A DNA stretch of 64,000 bases from Octopus sinensis. Its lineage: Eukaryota. Below the pieces are notes generated by a model. The model was not told where the DNA came from. It saw only the letters and a program-made list of their open reading frames with translations, and searched no databases. The translations under genes were made by a program, and so were the position numbers. Each line of letters opens with the position of its first letter. The first letter of the stretch is position 1. The stretch spans positions 16,740,001 to 16,804,000 of the forward strand of contig NC_043021.1 in NCBI RefSeq assembly GCF_006345805.1, written 5' to 3'. Shown in pieces: positions 51,955-64,000 of the stretch.

Positions 51955-52043
51955 GCTCTTGAAGAAGCTTATCGGGTCCTCCGTCCAGGTGGAAGATTCC
52001 TCTGTTTGGAGTTCAGCCAAGTACCAAATTTTGCAATACGCAA
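51955..52043 (+). CDS. COQ5: COQ5 exon 5 ([29 protein letters not shown])
   Basis: Motif [19 protein letters not shown]. ccag acceptor, gtgagt donor, 89 nt. Confidence 0.97.
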
Positions 52044-52264
52044 GTGAGTTGCTATCCTTTTAACTCTTTTTTTAATACCATCCCACCTGGGACAATCCCT
52101 GTGACCATTCCTGCACCAGTCCTATGTTTTAGTATGTCTCTCATCATCATCATCATCATTTAACATCTGCCTCCCGTGCTGGCATGGGTTGGACAGATAA
52201 CTTGTGTCAACATTTGAAACTAATTATTATTATTATTATATCATCATCATCATCATCATCATTA

Positions 52265-52498
52265 AGGTTGTGAGCTGGCAGAATCGTTAGCACGCCAGGC
52301 GAAATGCTTCACGGTATTTCGTCTGCTGTTACGTTCTGAGTTCAAATTCCGCCGAGGTCGACTTTGCCTTTCATCCTTTCGGGGTCGATAAATTAAGTAC
52401 CAGTTACGCACTGGGGTCGATGTAATCGACTTAATACCTATGTCTGTCCTTGTTTGTCCCCTCTGTGTTTAGCCCCTTGTGGGTAATAAAGAAATAGG
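52265..52498 (+). mobile_element. SINE family B copy, COQ5 intron 5
   Basis: Consensus match. Confidence 0.85.
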
Positions 52499-52741
52499 TA
52501 TTTCATCTGCCGTGCACAAACACACACTCACATGCACACACATACACACACTCACACAGGCACACACACACACATGCACACACTCACACAGGCACACCAC
52601 ACACACACTCTCACACACACACATGCATGCACACACTCACATGCACCACAGGCACACACACACACACCACACACGCACACACTCACACACATGCACGCAT
52701 ACATACACATACTCACACACACGTACACACACAAAGTTTAA

Positions 52742-52966
<225 letters not shown>

Positions 52967-53584
52967 TAGAACAGATCTATGGTCACAACACACTGCCAGG
53001 AATTGAACTCACGATCTTACAATTGTGAGCCAAATACCCTAGCCTCTAAACCACTAAAAACCCTTTTTTATCCTGCTGAAATTGGGGGACATCTAATATA
53101 TCCAGATCTCTTTTAGCGGAAGTGGGTGACTTAGTGGTTACAATGTAGGATTCATGTTCGGAAGAACCAGGCGATGCATTGTGGTCTTGAGCAAAACACT
53201 TCATTTCACATTGCTCCAGTCCATTCAGTTGGCAAAAATGAGTCGCCCTCTGACAGACCAGCGTCCTGTCCAGGTGGGGGATATATACGCTATGAAATCG
53301 GGCAACCAGTCCCTATAAGTCGGTATGACTTGAGAAGGTAACTTTACCTTTTTAGTGGAGGTGCATGGCTTAGTGGTTAGGGTGTTGGACTCATGATTTC
53401 ATGCCAGCTTTTGACTCCAGTGCTCAACTGGTACTTATTTTATCGACCCTGAAAGGATGAAAGACTAAATTGACCTCAGCAGAATTTGAACTTAGAACAT
53501 AAAGATGGACGAAATTTTACCTGGTGTGCTAACGATTCTGCCAGCTTACCACCTTGATATATATTTTGAATGGTAGTGCCTAGG

Positions 53585-53820
53585 TGTCAGAACCACAGTC
53601 ATATCTGTTTGGGCAGCTGATGATGGGCATACACATGTTCAATTGTGAATTTCTTATATTTTAGTCTTGTTATTCTGGGGGTTGTCCTTCATTCTCGTAA
53701 AGTGAAAAGTGTTTGTGGATTCATAGTTTGTTGGGATCACTTACTTTGGGATTGTTTGGTTGTCTTCATAGGTAACCTAATTAGGCATTGAACAATGCTT
53801 AGATATTGGTGTCTAGTTTG

Positions 53821-53893
<73 letters not shown>

Positions 53894-54481
53894 TTTATTT
53901 AAAAGCAGCAGAAATTCATAAAACCTGTTACTTGGAGTTTCACGTTCCCGTTCGTCGGACAGTTTTGTTAGTACTGCCCAAGTGTCAAAACCACAGTCAT
54001 ATCAGTTTGGGCAGCTGATGATGGGCATACACATGTTCAATTGTGAATTTCTTATATTTTAGTCTTGTTATTCTGGGGATTGTCCTTCATTCTTTTAAAG
54101 GGAAAGGTGTTTGTGGATTCATAGTTTGTGGGGATCTCTTACTTTGGCATTGTTTAGTTTTCTTCACATGTAACCTAATTAGGCATTGAACAATGCTTAG
54201 ATATTGGTGTCTAGTTTCTTTATATATATGTAGATATATACACTTTGAATAGTACTGCTCAAGTGTCAAAACCACAGTCATATCTGTCTGGGCAGCTGAT
54301 GATGGGCATACACATGTTCAGTTGTGAATTTCTTATATTTTAGTCTTGTTATTCTGGGGGTTGTCCTTCATTCTCGTAAAGTGAAAAGTGTTTGTGGGGA
54401 TCTCTTACTTTGGCATTGTTTAGTTTTCTTCACAGGTAACCTAATTAAGTATTGAGCAATACTAGATATTGGTGTCTAGTT
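53585..54481. repeat. Three copies of an about 230-bp unit in COQ5 intron 6
   Basis: gtgtca(g/a)aaccacagtcatat...gatattggtgtctagttt occurs at about 53585, 53982 and 54261. Confidence 0.9.
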
Positions 54482-54899
54482 TTGAGAGGTCCTGTGGCTT
54501 ATATGCAATGTGTCTCATTTTCTTTGGCAGTAAAGCTGAAATTTACTGTTCTGTTGCAAGTGCTGTTATTTATTTTCATTATAAACTTCACTAGCTGTAA
54601 CAAACATTTCACAGTGACATCAAACAACCAGTGAAGGCTACTGTTATTTCTAGTGTTGTTGTTGTTGTTGTTGCGTGTCTGTGATATTGACCTATCCATA
54701 AGTTAGTCAATTAGTCAGGCTTTCTTCTCTTTCCTGGTCGACTAAAAAAAAAAAAAAAAACTGCTTCCTCTTGTCTGACCACATCAAAGACAAACTGAAG
54801 AACTCAATGGGTTCTTGTTTGTTTGTTTGCTTGTTTGTTTGTTGTTCCGAGCCATGACATTTGATACAGCTGACCTTTATATTTGGTAAAGTCATACAC

Positions 54900-54977
54900 A
54901 CACTCACACATACATATGTATACATTAATGCACAAGTTAATCATACACATACACTCACACACACACACACATACAGT

Positions 54978-55061
<84 letters not shown>

Positions 55062-55429
55062 GATATATATATATATATAGATATATATATATATATATAT
55101 ATATATAATAAGATATATATGTATATAGATATATGTATATAGATGTATATATATATATGTATATATATGTATATATATATATGTATATATATGTATATAT
55201 ATATATGTATATATATAATAGGTATATAATAATATGTATATATATATATAATATGTATATATATATATGTATATATATGATATATATATATGTATATATA
55301 TATATGTAATATATATATGTATATATATGTATATATATAGATGTATATATATTATAGATATATATATAGATGATATATATAATTTACACACACACATACA
55401 AGTATATATATATATATATTATATATATA

Positions 55430-55480
<51 letters not shown>

Positions 55481-55489
55481 ATGGAAGTA

Positions 55490-55528
<39 letters not shown>

Positions 55529-55670
55529 TATATATATAATATATAGATATATATATATATGTATTATATATATAGTTACCACACACATTACAAGTATGTA
55601 TATAAGATATATATATATAGATATATATATTGACAACACATACACACACATAGATGTACGTACATATACA
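54900..55670. repeat. Long (TA)n-rich tract, COQ5 intron 6
   Basis: Direct inspection. Confidence 0.95.
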
Positions 55671-56465
55671 CGCATGTTAACATCGCAGAATTATGCACAT
55701 TCACATGTGTGTTCTCATGCACACACACACAAACTTGCATATAGGTTTTCGCATAAACTCAACACGTGAATATTTATACCCACATTTATACAATCATTCA
55801 CATAAACATACACACACACACACACACACACAACATATATATTTACATGTATGCACATACATAAATAAAGCCACAAACATACATCACACTCACGCACACT
55901 CATAAATTCAAATTTTCATACGCATACACACACATTTGCACACACATGAATCCCCAGCTTACCAGTTTTCAGTCAAACCGTCCAACCCATGCCAGCATGG
56001 AAAACGGATGTTAAACAACGATGATGATGATACATACGCACACAAATGCACGCATGCATGCTTGGGCACCACACACACACACACACACACACACATATGT
56101 ACGTATGTGTTTGAATACATATGTAAATCCATTATTCTATAAAGGCAAACCCTGAAATGTTATCAGAAGGGGCTGGTTGATTATATCGAGCCCAGTGCTC
56201 AACTGGTACTTAATTTATCAACCCAGAAAGAATGAAAGGCAAAGTTGACCTCAGCAAGATTTGAACTCAGAACATAAAGAGCTGGAAGAAATTCCACTAA
56301 GCTCTTTGTCTGGCTTGCTAATGACTCTGCCATCTCACTGCCCTTACACTACGAGTAATATAATTGCAGAGATAAACTTCAGTTGACTGTTCTGTCTAGT
56401 TTCCATGTTAAAATCATGCACCATACCCGGTCCAGTATGTAAAAGAATACATACATAGGTACATA

Positions 56466-57075
56466 TAGGCGTAAGAGTGGCTGTGTGGTAAGTAGCTTGC
56501 TTACGAATCACATGGTTCCAGGTTCAGTCCCACTGTGTGGCACCTTAGACAAGTGTCTTCTACTATAGCCTCGGGCCAACCAAAGCCTTGTGAGTGGATT
56601 TGGTAGACGGAAACTGAAAGGAACCCGTCGTATATATATATGTATATATCATCATCATCATCGTTTGCATCTGCTTTCCATGCTAGCATGGGTTGGACGG
56701 TTCAACTGGGGTCTGGGAAGCCAGAAGGCTGCACCAGGCTCAGTCTGATCTGGCAATGTTTCTACGGCCAGATGCCCTTCCTAACGCCAACCACTCCGTG
56801 AGTGTAGTGGGTGCTTTTACGTGATATATATATATATATATGTATGTATATATATGCATGTTTGTGTATATGTGTCTGTCTTTGGCCCCCCAACATCACT
56901 TGACAACCGATGCTGGTGTGTTTACGTCCCCGTAACTTAGCAGTTCGGCAAAAAGAGACCGATAGAATAAGTACTAGGCTTACACAGAATAAGTCCTGAG
57001 GTCAATTTGCTCGACTAAAGGCGGTGCTCCAGCATGGCCACTGTCACATGACTGAAACAAGTAAAAGAGTAAAAT
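56466..57075 (+). mobile_element. SINE family A copy with a nested family C fragment (about 56648-56822)
   Basis: Family A head and tail are separated by a reverse family C segment inside the central (TA)n tract. Confidence 0.85.
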
Positions 57076-57507
57076 GAGAGTAAAGAGGATAAACATATAT
57101 ATAAGCAAACATACAAACAAATTTACAATTTAGAAATCAGATCGACAAGCAATTGCCAATTTCCAGGGTATGGTGACCTCATCGAAAGGTCAACTTTTGG
57201 GAGATGTCTGCATGTCTGTCTGCGTAGTTACATAGAGTTTTGTTGGTTTTACTGAGATTTGGTTCTCTAATAAATCTTCTCCACCATCATCACCATCATC
57301 ACCATCACCACCATCATATCTTTATTAGCCTTTATTCCCTCTCACTTGTTCTCTCTCTTTCTCTTGCATGCTCTCTCTCTCTCTCTCTCTCTCTCTCATT
57401 CATTGATTTTCTCCCTCTTTCTCTCTTGCTCATGAACACACTATTTCTCATCCATGCTCTCTCTCTCTCTTTCTCCCTCTCACTCATTCTCTCTCTTTCT
57501 TTTCCAG

Positions 57508-57609
57508 GAACAATTTGCATCTATGATTCGCGCGGCCGGATTCCGAATGGTGACCTATGAAAACTTAACCTTTGGTGTGACTGCTTTACATTCAGGCTTC
57601 AAACTCTGA
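57508..57609 (+). CDS. COQ5: COQ5 exon 7 ([33 protein letters not shown])
   Basis: Follows a long (CT)n polypyrimidine tract. C-terminal ..AGF..V.YENLT.G..A.HSGFKL, TGA stop at 57607-57609. The seven exons sum to 975 nt. Confidence 0.97.
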   Translation, partial: EQFASMIRAAGFRMVTYENLTFGVTALHSGFKL

Positions 57610-58049
57610 AAATTACTTTGAAATTGCCATTATGTGATATTTAGTTGCAGTGTCTCAAGTTCAAATCCTGCCTGTTCCACGCTGCTTTTAATACTTCCAA
57701 GGGTTCATAAAATACATTACAGACACAAAGGGTCAATTTGATCAACAAGCCCCTCCCCACAAATTTGTGGTTAGGGGCTTATGATAGAAATTAATATTAT
57801 TGGCAGAATCATTATTTGTTTCAATCCTCTGGGGTCTGTGTTCAAATCCTGATCTCACTGAAATCATGTTTTCCTTTCATACTTTAGGGGTTGATTACAA
57901 TTAAGAATCAGTCAAATACTGGGGTTGATGTTATCAATTAATTCTGATTTGAGGTTTCTAAACAAGAAAACAAAAATATATAAAAATTATAAAAAAATTA
58001 CATTAAAATTTATTATTTAAATATTTAACCTTTTTGATGCCAATTCACT

Positions 58050-58278
58050 TTAACCCTTTAGCATTTTAACCGGCCATATCCGGCCAAAAGTATTCTGCCT
58101 GTTTTATGTTCAAACTGGCCAGATCTGGTCTCTCACACCAACCCTACAATATCGTTTTAAAAATTAATAGCTACATCATCAAAATCTCATAGCTACAAGA
58201 TAATGCATGATTAGTTCAAAACAATTTAGATGAAAAAGCATTAATTTTGGCAGAATAATGTGAACACTAATGGGTTAA
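58050..58278. mobile_element. M1 MITE nested inside an older M2-like MITE (about 58024-58465)
   Basis: Intact M1 ends. The flanks continue M2-like sequence on both sides. Confidence 0.75.
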
Positions 58279-58589
58279 GGGAGGCCCCTGGGACTAAGGT
58301 GCAAGCCTTCTGTTTTAAATTATAACTTTAAATCAAAATTCCATGTTTATGTTCCAAATAATAACTAAATAACGATAAATTTATTTTAATAAATTCTTTG
58401 TTATTTTCAAAATTAATTGAAACAAGATTGGTGTATTTCTACAGAAATATGGTAACGAAAGGGACTTTCTGCGATCACCCCTCTTTCTAGGGTACAAACT
58501 TTCTGGGGTTTTTAAAGAGATCAGAAAGAAAACCTGTCATCAAAATTTCACGTTGATGTGGGTTCCTAACACCAGCCTTTGTTCTGTTA

Positions 58590-59570
58590 TTCTTTCACTG
58601 GTTTCAGTCATTTGACTGTGGCCATGCTGGGGCACCGCCTTTAGTCGAACAAATCAACCCCAGGATTTATTCTTTGTAAGCCTAGTACTTATTCTATCGA
58701 TCTCTTTAGCTGAACCTCTAAGTTACACAGATGTAAACACACCAACATCGGTTATCAAGTGATGGTGGGGGTACAAACACACACACACATACAATGGACT
58801 TCTTTCAGTTTCCCGTCTACCAGATCCACTCACAAGGCTTTGGTTGGCCCGAGGCTATAGTAGAAGACACTTGCCTGAGGTGCCACGCAGTGGGATTGAA
58901 CTTGGAACCATGTGGTTGGGAAGCAAGCTCCTTGCCACACAGTCACACTGCACCTATAATGATAAAGTTAATTTACTAAATTCTTTTTTATTTTCAAAAT
59001 TAATTGAAGCAAAAAATAGAGTATTTCAATAAAAATATTGTAACAAAAGGGTTAAATATGAACATTAAAAAACAAAAAAAACTAAAAAAAAAAAAAACTA
59101 AAAACAACATTAATAAAAAATAAAAATAAGTACATGTCACTTCTGTTGTTTTTGTGTTCTTTTTATTTACTCTTTCACTTGTTTCAGTCATTTGACTGTG
59201 GCCATGCTGGAGCATCGCCTTTAGTCGAGCAAATCGACCCCCAGGACTTATTCTTTGTAAGCCTAGTACTTAGTCTATCGGTTTCTTTTTGCCAAACCGC
59301 TAAGTTACGGGGACATAAACACACCAGCATTGGTTGTCAAGCAATGCTAGGGGGGACAAACACAGACACACAAACATATACGTACACATACATATATACA
59401 TGTATACGATGGGCTTCTTTCAGTTTCCATCTACCAAATCCACTCACAAGGCTTTGGTCAGCTTGAGGCTATAGTAGAAGACACTTGCCCAAGATGCCAC
59501 GCAGTGGGACTGAACCCGGAACCATGTGGTTGGTAAGCAAGCTACTTACCACACAGCCACTCCTGTGCCT
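58590..59570 (-). mobile_element. Two SINE family A copies (about 58590-58945 and 59165-59570)
   Basis: Reverse-complement consensus matches. Confidence 0.85.
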
Positions 59571-59841
59571 TATTTTAAAAAATTTTAAACTCCAATATAT
59601 CTCTACATCCATCTATTTTCTCTGCTTACTGTCCCTGGTAGGCTTGTAGGGTTAGAGACCTTCATGCTTTGCTCTTCCAAGGGTAATGACATCTGCTTCC
59701 TGTCTGAAGCAATTGCCATTACCCTTTCCAGCTGACGGTCTGAATTGGGCCCAAGGCCCTGTTCAAAGATGAACGCCAAAACTGTGTCCTTTCCTTTTGG
59801 TCACAGCTTAGGTGTTTCTGTCCCACCTGTGACCATTGTAA

Positions 59842-59979
59842 AGCCTTTCGTAGCTGCCTCAGAAAGTCGAGATAGCACTCACTCCATTGATGGGATGGCC
59901 CTTCTGAAGATAGTCAACAAATACAATACCTTTTGTATCCCAAAAAACTGAGGCCGTCACCTTCCCTGCAGATGAAACG
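59842..59979 (-). mobile_element. Mariner transposase fragment
   Basis: VSSAGKVTASVFWDTKGIVFVDYLQKGHPING, then a 2-nt frameshift, then ECYLDFLRQLRKA. This is the classic mariner AGKVMASVFWD...TING.YY..LL segment. Confidence 0.88.
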
Positions 59980-60108
59980 AACTTTGAAATGATGCCCCAG
60001 CATGGTCGCAGTCCGACGAGTGAAGCAAGTAAAAGTAGATCCGATGATTAATCAATATACACAATCACACACCAATATAAATCAATCTAAACAAATTGAT
60101 TAATTAAC

Positions 60109-60122
60109 AAAAAAAAAAAAAA
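60109..60122 (-). terminator. RNA polymerase III terminator (T14) of the tRNA-Gly gene
   Basis: A 14-nt A run on + (poly-T on -) starts about 10 nt downstream of the tRNA 3' end. Confidence 0.85.
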
Positions 60123-60132
60123 TCACAAGGGA

Positions 60133-60204
60133 TGCGTCGGCCGGGAGTCGAACCCGGATCGACTGCTTGGAAGGCAACCATGCTAACCGTTACACCACCG
60201 ACGC
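60133..60204 (-). tRNA. tRNA-Gly (anticodon TCC)
   Basis: Reverse complement is GCGTCGGTGGTGTAACGGTTAGCATGGTTGCCTTCCAAGCAGTCGATCCGGGTTCGACTCCCGGCCGACGCA: 72 nt, GCGTCGG/CCGACGC acceptor stem, CT-TCC-AA anticodon loop, GTTCGACTC T-loop (B box). Confidence 0.97.
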
Positions 60205-60810
60205 CTCGCTGACGAAGAAGGTGAAATTGTCTAATACATTCTTAAGTATTTTAAGTCGCCATAATCGTTCTTTATTTTTGCTGAGTTTTGTGTTTTCTAG
60301 TTTCCTTCCGTTTCGCTGAAATATTTAATTATAAACAAGAATTACATCATTAGAAATGTTTTTTTAAAATATTATAATGGCGTGGAATATTTCGTTTGGG
60401 AGGGAAAAGCGAGATAAATGTGTGTGTGTGTGTGTGTGTCTGAATGAATGAGACTGTGTGTGGGTAATTATGCGTATTTACGTGTATGTGTTTGTGTGTC
60501 AGAATCTGATTGTGTATGTGTCTGACTGAAGAGAAAATGTGTACGTGGATATATGTGTGTGCGCGCGCGCGTATCCGTATACGTATCTGTAACTAAAGGC
60601 AAAGTGTGTGTATGTCTAACGAATAAGAAAGTGTGTGTGTGTGTGTTTGAATAGGATATTGCGTGTATGTGATTAAAGAGCGGGAGTATATGTATAGGTA
60701 TCTGTATGTACGTGAAAATGTGTGTGTTTTTATATGTGTATCTAACTAAAGATAGAAGGCATTTGTGTGTACGTGTCTGCGTTTGAAATATATATATATA
60801 TATATATATA

Positions 60811-61050
60811 GGTACTACTAGCAAACAGTGGTCCCGGTGCGCGCACTCGCGCGAGCTAGTCATAACTGGTCGATCCATACTTTGTGTTTTATTTACTTTG
60901 TTTAAAAAATTATTTACTTTGTGTAAAAAAAAGTATTTATTTTGTGTTTCATTTACTTTGATAGGTAGTCGTTGTAGGATCGACTAGTCACGACTAGCTA
61001 GCGCGAGTGCGCGTGTTCGCGCACCAGGACCACTGTTCGCTAGTAGTACC
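60811..61050. mobile_element. MITE with about 70-bp GC-rich imperfect TIRs, inserted in (TA)n
   Basis: ggtactactagcaaacagtggtcccggtgcgcg... is mirrored by ...cgcgcaccaggaccactgttcgctagtagtacc, with (TA)n on both sides. Confidence 0.85.
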
Positions 61051-61218
61051 TATATATATATATATAAATGCAGTGTCCATTTAAACACATAAGAGATGGC
61101 CATAACAGGACAACTAATCCGCTAGAAGTAGTAGTTAAACTCCAAACCACCATTAGGGGTAATTTCGAAAGGGAATGAAAATTAAAAAAACATTTACCCT
61201 CTATTTATTAAAATATAT

Positions 61219-61270
<52 letters not shown>

Positions 61271-61593
61271 TATATATATATTATATATATATATATATAT
61301 ATTTGAGTAGTTGAATGAATTATCTTATTAAGGATAATTCGAATTAACCGATACCTGGGTACCAAATTCACATCAGAAAAAACACGGTTGAAGTGTCGAA
61401 AATAAAGGAATTTTGTTAATTCGTCGTTCAGCTCCATTCTTTCATATATATATATAATTGAAAACTTCGCCAGGTGGTGCTATTAAGTTAGACATGGCCA
61501 AAACTTTCTAAGTTATTCTAAGTTATATATATATATATTATTATATATATATATATATATATATACTTTATTTAAAGCAGCAGAAAATTCAAC

Positions 61594-61637
61594 AAAATGT
61601 TACTCTGAGTTTCTCGTTGCCGTTCATCAGACATTTT
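61594..61637 (-). ncRNA. Candidate type I hammerhead ribozyme
   Basis: AAAAUGU-CUGAUGA-ACG(GCAA)CGA-GAAA-CU(CAG)AG-UA-ACAUUUU: 7-bp stem I, intact core, GUA cleavage triplet. Confidence 0.62.
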
Positions 61638-61769
61638 TGCTCAGAGTAACAGATTTTGTTGAATTTTCTGCTGCTTTAAATAAAGCATATTACTCTACCA
61701 CTGGTATTTGAGTACTCTTTTTTCCACCTTGTTTCACATTTAATGTTTACTTCGGTATATATATAGTAT

Positions 61770-61815
<46 letters not shown>

Positions 61816-62204
61816 AGTATCACCTGAATAGCAGCTGGGATGTGTAATAGACTTTATTCCTGCAATAAATCTATGGATACCAACATATTTTTGTATAATT
61901 TCTCTGCGTGTGTAAGTGTATGTATGTGTAAAAAGAGTGCGTAGGTGAGATTGTGTACACGAGTAATTGAATATGTATTGGTTTATGAACATGTGTCACC
62001 AATTGAGGAACTTCGCGTTGCCTTGATTTTTTTTTTTATTCTTTCTCTCTTTTCGGTTTTCTTTTGTATAATATATGGATCTTTTTGCCGGTTTGAACGG
62101 CAGTTTTTAACAAACCGAAAAGACCCTAATATATTCCTTCTCACTGAATTATTGCAATTATTTTTGTTCCTCACGACACTGTCGTGTGTGTATGCATTAT
62201 TCTC

Positions 62205-62805
62205 TTTACTCTTTTACTTGTTTCAGTCATTTGACTGCGGCCATGCTGGAGCACCGCCTTTAGTCGAACAAATCGACCCCAGGACTTATTCTTCGTAAGC
62301 CTAGTACTTATTCTATCGGCCCCCTATAGCTGAATCGCTAAGTTACGGGGGAACGTAAACACACCAACATCGATGTCAAGCGATGGTGGGGGACAAACAC
62401 ACACAAAGATCCGTAATTTTTGCCCTTTTAACTTCTAAACCCCTTAGAAGCTATTCTTTACTCTTTTACTTGTTTCAGTCATTTGACTGCGGCCATGCTG
62501 GAGCACCACCTTTAGTCGAGCAAATCGACCCCAGGACTTATTCTTTGTAAGCCTAGTACTTATTCTATCGGTCTCTTTTGCCGAACCGCTATGTTACGGG
62601 GACGTAAACACGCCAGCATCGGTTGTCAAGCGATGTTGGGGGGGGGGATACAGACACACAAACACATACATATATACGACGGGCTTCTTTCAGTTTCCGT
62701 CTACCAAATCCACTCACAAGGCATTGGTCGGCCCGAGGCTATAGTAGAAGACTCTTGCTTAAGGTGCCACGCGGCGGGGCTGAACCCGGAACCATGTGGT
62801 TGGTA
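62205..62805 (-). mobile_element. Two adjacent SINE family A copies (truncated about 62205-62405; near full about 62455-62805)
   Basis: Reverse-complement consensus matches. Confidence 0.85.
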
Positions 62806-62837
62806 AGGAAGCCATAATACTTCTTTAAAATATGCAT

Positions 62838-63243
62838 TGGATCTTTTCGGTTTGAACGGCAGATTTTCTAGCAGTGTCATATGAAATTGTCACCCATAAT
62901 TATGACCCTAGTATCGATCTATTGCATTTCGATCTGTTTTAGGGTTAGGGGTGGGGAAAGGGTATCTTTTCTTCTTCAGAAATGTAAATAAACCCAATTT
63001 GCTTCTTAAACGAGGGACATATTCATACGGCACAGAATGTTTTCACCTCCATAGACGTCATTGATTGATTGAGATTGCAGAAATTGTAGAAAAAAACAAA
63101 CAAATATCTTACAAACTATAGAATTTTCGCCAAAAGAAAAAGAAAGAGTTTTATAAGCACATTCTACCAGTATACGAAGTTTAAAAGTGTTTAGTTACGT
63201 GGAAATTATTTTAAAAAACTGCCGTTGAAACCGAAAAGATCCG
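62838..63243. mobile_element. MITE with about 28-bp TIRs (ggatcttttcggtttgaacggcag)
   Basis: The left TIR matches the reverse complement of ctgccgttgaaaccgaaaagatcc. An internally deleted relative lies at about 62077-62127. Confidence 0.75.
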
Positions 63244-63423
63244 TAATTTGACATATTACAGCAGAATTATAAGATGTGTGTAGACAAAAACGGAACAAAT
63301 GCTCCATATACGCGTGTCTATTGTTTGAATCAATAAACACGCAGGTGTGACTGAAGGCCACCTATTTAAACGTATAGCAGGTATAGCGAGATCCGTACAA
63401 TGATAAAACAGTTTTAGATGATA

Positions 63424-64000
63424 CTAACAGTATCGCTCGGCGTTGCTCGGATTTGTAAGGGAAATAACTATATAAGCATTTTTAGAGATTTATAGCCAAA
63501 AAATAGCAAAAAAATACATTAAAAATGGGAAAAAATGATGGTAAATTTTTTTTTAAATCATAGATTCATCGTAGACATTTTTAGAGAGTTACTTCCCTTA
63601 TATAATACCGAAAAAATGCATTAAAATGGAAAAAAATGATGGTAAATTTTTTTTAATCGTTGACTCATCGTAGACATTTTTAGAGAGTTACTTCCCTTCT
63701 ATAATAGCGAAAAAAAATGCACTAAAATGAAAAAAAATGATGGTAAATTTTTTTTTAAATCGTTGACTCATCGTAGACATTTTTAGAGAGTTACTTCCCT
63801 TATATAATAGCAAAAAAATGCATTAAAAATAGAAAAAAATGATGGTAAATTTTTTTTTAAATCGTTGACTCATCGTAGACATTTTTAGAGAGTTACTTCC
63901 CTTATATAATAGCGAAAAAAATGCATTAAAATGAAAAAAATGATGGTAAATTTTTTTTTTTAATCGTAGACGCGCGCTAATACCCAGAAGGGCTCGATAT
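63424..64000 (-). mobile_element. Helitron H1 copy with expanded internal about 100-bp tandem repeat (runs off the window)
   Basis: Shares the terminus with the 12364 copy. cgtagacatt recurs at 63571, 63669, 63772 and 63874. Confidence 0.85.

Noticed and set aside
60208-60228. CTGACGA...GAAA next to the tRNA as a hammerhead
   Set aside because: No stem II, stem I or NUH pairing can be drawn. This is likely chance.

Overview
AT-rich, microsatellite- and transposon-dense eukaryotic DNA. The SINE/MITE repertoire and simple-repeat load look like an octopus (coleoid cephalopod) genome; this is recognition from memory, not a database result. Two spliced protein-coding genes lie on the + strand. 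(1) SZRD1 (SUZ/SUZ-C domain protein): four coding exons at 18955-19019, 24423-24539, 27396-27527 and 29398-29509 join in frame to give 141 aa plus stop. The short first coding exon was not found and is probably upstream of the window. (2) A complete 7-exon COQ5 (ubiquinone C-methyltransferase) at 45501-57609: 975 nt, 324 aa, all introns GT-AG. A tRNA-Gly(TCC) gene lies on the - strand at 60133-60204. The rest is interspersed repeats: three or four SINE families, TTAA-flanked piggyBac-like MITEs, non-autonomous Helitrons, a hAT MITE, decayed CR1/L2-type and RTE-type LINE fragments, a mariner transposase fragment, and Penelope-like fragments. Nearly all short ORFs in the supplied track are artefacts of microsatellites and SINEs. 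The most interesting observations are: several minimal type I hammerhead-ribozyme motifs in (TA)n-associated Penelope-like repeats, two with intact catalytic cores; templated rearrangements in COQ5 intron 4, including a perfect 63-bp inverted repeat; a minisatellite that keeps TTCnnnGAA in all 8 units; and nested insertions whose removal restores reading frames. All coordinates were counted by hand, and repeat boundaries are approximate.
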